Shown here piece after piece: positions 62,301 through 64,000 of a stretch of 64,000 nucleotides of DNA. The DNA lies in the NCBI GenBank assembly GCA_000004985.1, contig GG738849.1; one strand, 5' to 3'. The stretch is from Naegleria gruberi (lineage: Eukaryota). The translations under genes and the position numbers were made by a program. Numbering within the stretch: the stretch's first letter is position 1; each line of letters begins with the position of its first letter. The notes under the pieces were generated by a model, which did no database searches, was not told where the DNA came from, and saw nothing but the letters and a program-made list of their open reading frames with translations.

Positions 62301-64000
62301 NNNNNNNNNNNNNNNNNNNNNNNNNNNNNNNNNNNNNNNNNNNNNNNNNNNNNNNNNNNNNNNNNNNNNNNNNNNNNNNNNNNNNNNNNNNNNNNNNNNN
62401 NNNNNNNNNNNNNNNNNNNNNNNNNNNNNNNNNNNNNNNNNNNNNNNNNNNNNNNNNNNNNNNNNNNNNNNNNNNNNNNNNNNNNNNNNNNNNNNNNNNN
62501 NNNNNNNNNNNNNNNNNNNNNNNNNNNNNNNNNNNNNNNNNNNNNNNNNNNNNNNNNNNNNNNNNNNNNNNNNNNNNNNNNNNNNNNNNNNNNNNNNNNN
62601 NNNNNNNNNNNNNNNNNNNNNNNNNNNNNNNNNNNNNNNNNNNNNNNNNNNNNNNNNNNNNNNNNNNNNNNNNNNNNNNNNNNNNNNNNNNNNNNNNNNN
62701 NNNNNNNNNNNNNNNNNNNNNNNNNNNNNNNNNNNNNNNNNNNNNNNNNNNNNNNNNNNNNNNNNNNNNNNNNNNNNNNNNNNNNNNNNNNNNNNNNNNN
62801 NNNNNNNNNNNNNNNNNNNNNNNNNNNNNNNNNNNNNNNNNNNNNNNNNNNNNNNNNNNNNNNNNNNNNNNNNNNNNNNNNNNNNNNNNNNNNNNNNNNN
62901 NNNNNNNNNNNNNNNNNNNNNNNNNNNNNNNNNNNNNNNNNNNNNNNNNNNNNNNNNNNNNNNNNNNNNNNNNNNNNNNNNNNNNNNNNNNNNNNNNNNN
63001 NNNNNNNNNNNNNNNNNNNNNNNNNNNNNNNNNNNNNNNNNNNNNNNNNNNNNNNNNNNNNNNNNNNNNNNNNNNNNNNNNNNNNNNNNNNNNNNNNNNN
63101 NNNNNNNNNNNNNNNNNNNNNNNNNNNNNNNNNNNNNNNNNNNNNNNNNNNNNNNNNNNNNNNNNNNNNNNNNNNNNNNNNNNNNNNNNNNNNNNNNNNN
63201 NNNNNNNNNNNNNNNNNNNNNNNNNNNNNNNNNNNNNNNNNNNNNNNNNNNNNNNNNNNNNNNNNNNNNNNNNNNNNNNNNNNNNNNNNNNNNNNNNNNN
63301 NNNNNNNNNNNNNNNNNNNNNNNNNNNNNNNNNNNNNNNNNNNNNNNNNNNNNNNNNNNNNNNNNNNNNNNNNNNNNNNNNNNNNNNNNNNNNNNNNNNN
63401 NNNNNNNNNNNNNNNNNNNNNNNNNNNNNNNNNNNNNNNNNNNNNNNNNNNNNNNNNNNNNNNNNNNNNNNNNNNNNNNNNNNNNNNNNNNNNNNNNNNN
63501 NNNNNNNNNNNNNNNNNNNNNNNNNNNNNNNNNNNNNNNNNNNNNNNNNNNNNNNNNNNNNNNNNNNNNNNNNNNNNNNNNNNNNNNNNNNNNNNNNNNN
63601 NNNNNNNNNNNNNNNNNNNNNNNNNNNNNNNNNNNNNNNNNNNNNNNNNNNNNNNNNNNNNNNNNNNNNNNNNNNNNNNNNNNNNNNNNNNNNNNNNNNN
63701 NNNNNNNNNNNNNNNNNNNNNNNNNNNNNNNNNNNNNNNNNNNNNNNNNNNNNNNNNNNNNNNNNNNNNNNNNNNNNNNNNNNNNNNNNNNNNNNNNNNN
63801 NNNNNNNNNNNNNNNNNNNNNNNNNNNNNNNNNNNNNNNNNNNNNNNNNNNNNNNNNNNNNNNNNNNNNNNNNNNNNNNNNNNNNNNNNNNNNNNNNNNN
63901 NNNNNNNNNNNNNNNNNNNNNNNNNNNNNNNNNNNNNNNNNNNNNNNNNNNNNNNNNNNNNNNNNNNNNNNNNNNNNNNNNNNNNNNNNNNNNNNNNNNN
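44333..64000. other. 19.7-kb run of N: scaffold gap or padding with no sequence information.
   Basis: Uninterrupted n characters to the end of the window. Confidence 1.

Noticed and set aside
44333-64000. 19.7 kb of N, plus the 50-N block at 43488..43537.
   Set aside because: Assembly gap or padding, not biology. No inference about content is possible. It truncates the proteasome alpha-2 gene and, at the 50-N block, the kinase 5' end.

Overview
This is eukaryotic nuclear DNA, not prokaryotic. It is AT-rich overall and very AT-rich outside genes. Stops are standard TAA/TGA/TAG and glutamine is mostly CAA. There are many short spliceosomal introns (39-256 nt). Several proteins carry poly-Q/N/S tracts. 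The gene content (Rab21, many F-box proteins, a TKL receptor-like kinase with a transmembrane segment, sedolisin/TPP1) fits an amoebozoan, most plausibly a dictyostelid-like social amoeba. It is not clearly D. discoideum, because introns and intergenic spacers are shorter and the AT content is lower. That organism call is inference.

Informative sequence runs from 1 to 44332. Positions 43488-43537 and 44333-64000 are runs of N (assembly gaps) and carry no information. In about 44 kb I can support 23 protein-coding genes on both strands, roughly one gene per 1.9 kb. From left to right they are:
- a secreted sedolisin/TPP1-type peptidase
- a conserved hypothetical protein
- Rab21
- a type-II membrane GT4-like glycosyltransferase
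- an FHA-domain protein
- a coiled-coil protein
- CstF-64
- an F-box/TM protein
- RPAP3
- the ubiquitin-activating enzyme E1
- an F-box/LRR protein
- an EF-hand protein
- TBCK (pseudokinase-TBC-rhodanese)
- an RsmI-type rRNA methyltransferase
- an F-box/multipass-TM protein
- a DUF952 protein
- a small mitochondrial-type membrane protein
- ASCC2 (CUE domain)
- a DOMON-ferric-reductase fusion
- an F-box/P-loop protein
- a large ankyrin-repeat protein with five exons
- a beta-helix ectodomain/TM/TKL receptor kinase, whose 5' end is lost in a gap and which has an internal frameshift
- the 3' end of proteasome subunit alpha-2

The most notable non-genic signals are:
- a 117-bp, roughly 96%-identical duplicated segment that carries the last 24 codons plus the 3' flank of the receptor kinase
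- two intron-donor classes mixed in the same locus, GTAAGT/GTATGT and GTTTGT, all ending TAG/CAG
- extremely tight tandem gene spacing, 14 bp and 60 bp from stop to ATG
- a 1-nt frame break inside the kinase catalytic core

The ORF track treats TTG as a start codon, so several listed M starts are not ATG and the true 5' ends differ. No rRNA, tRNA, CRISPR array or recognisable transposon was found by eye.
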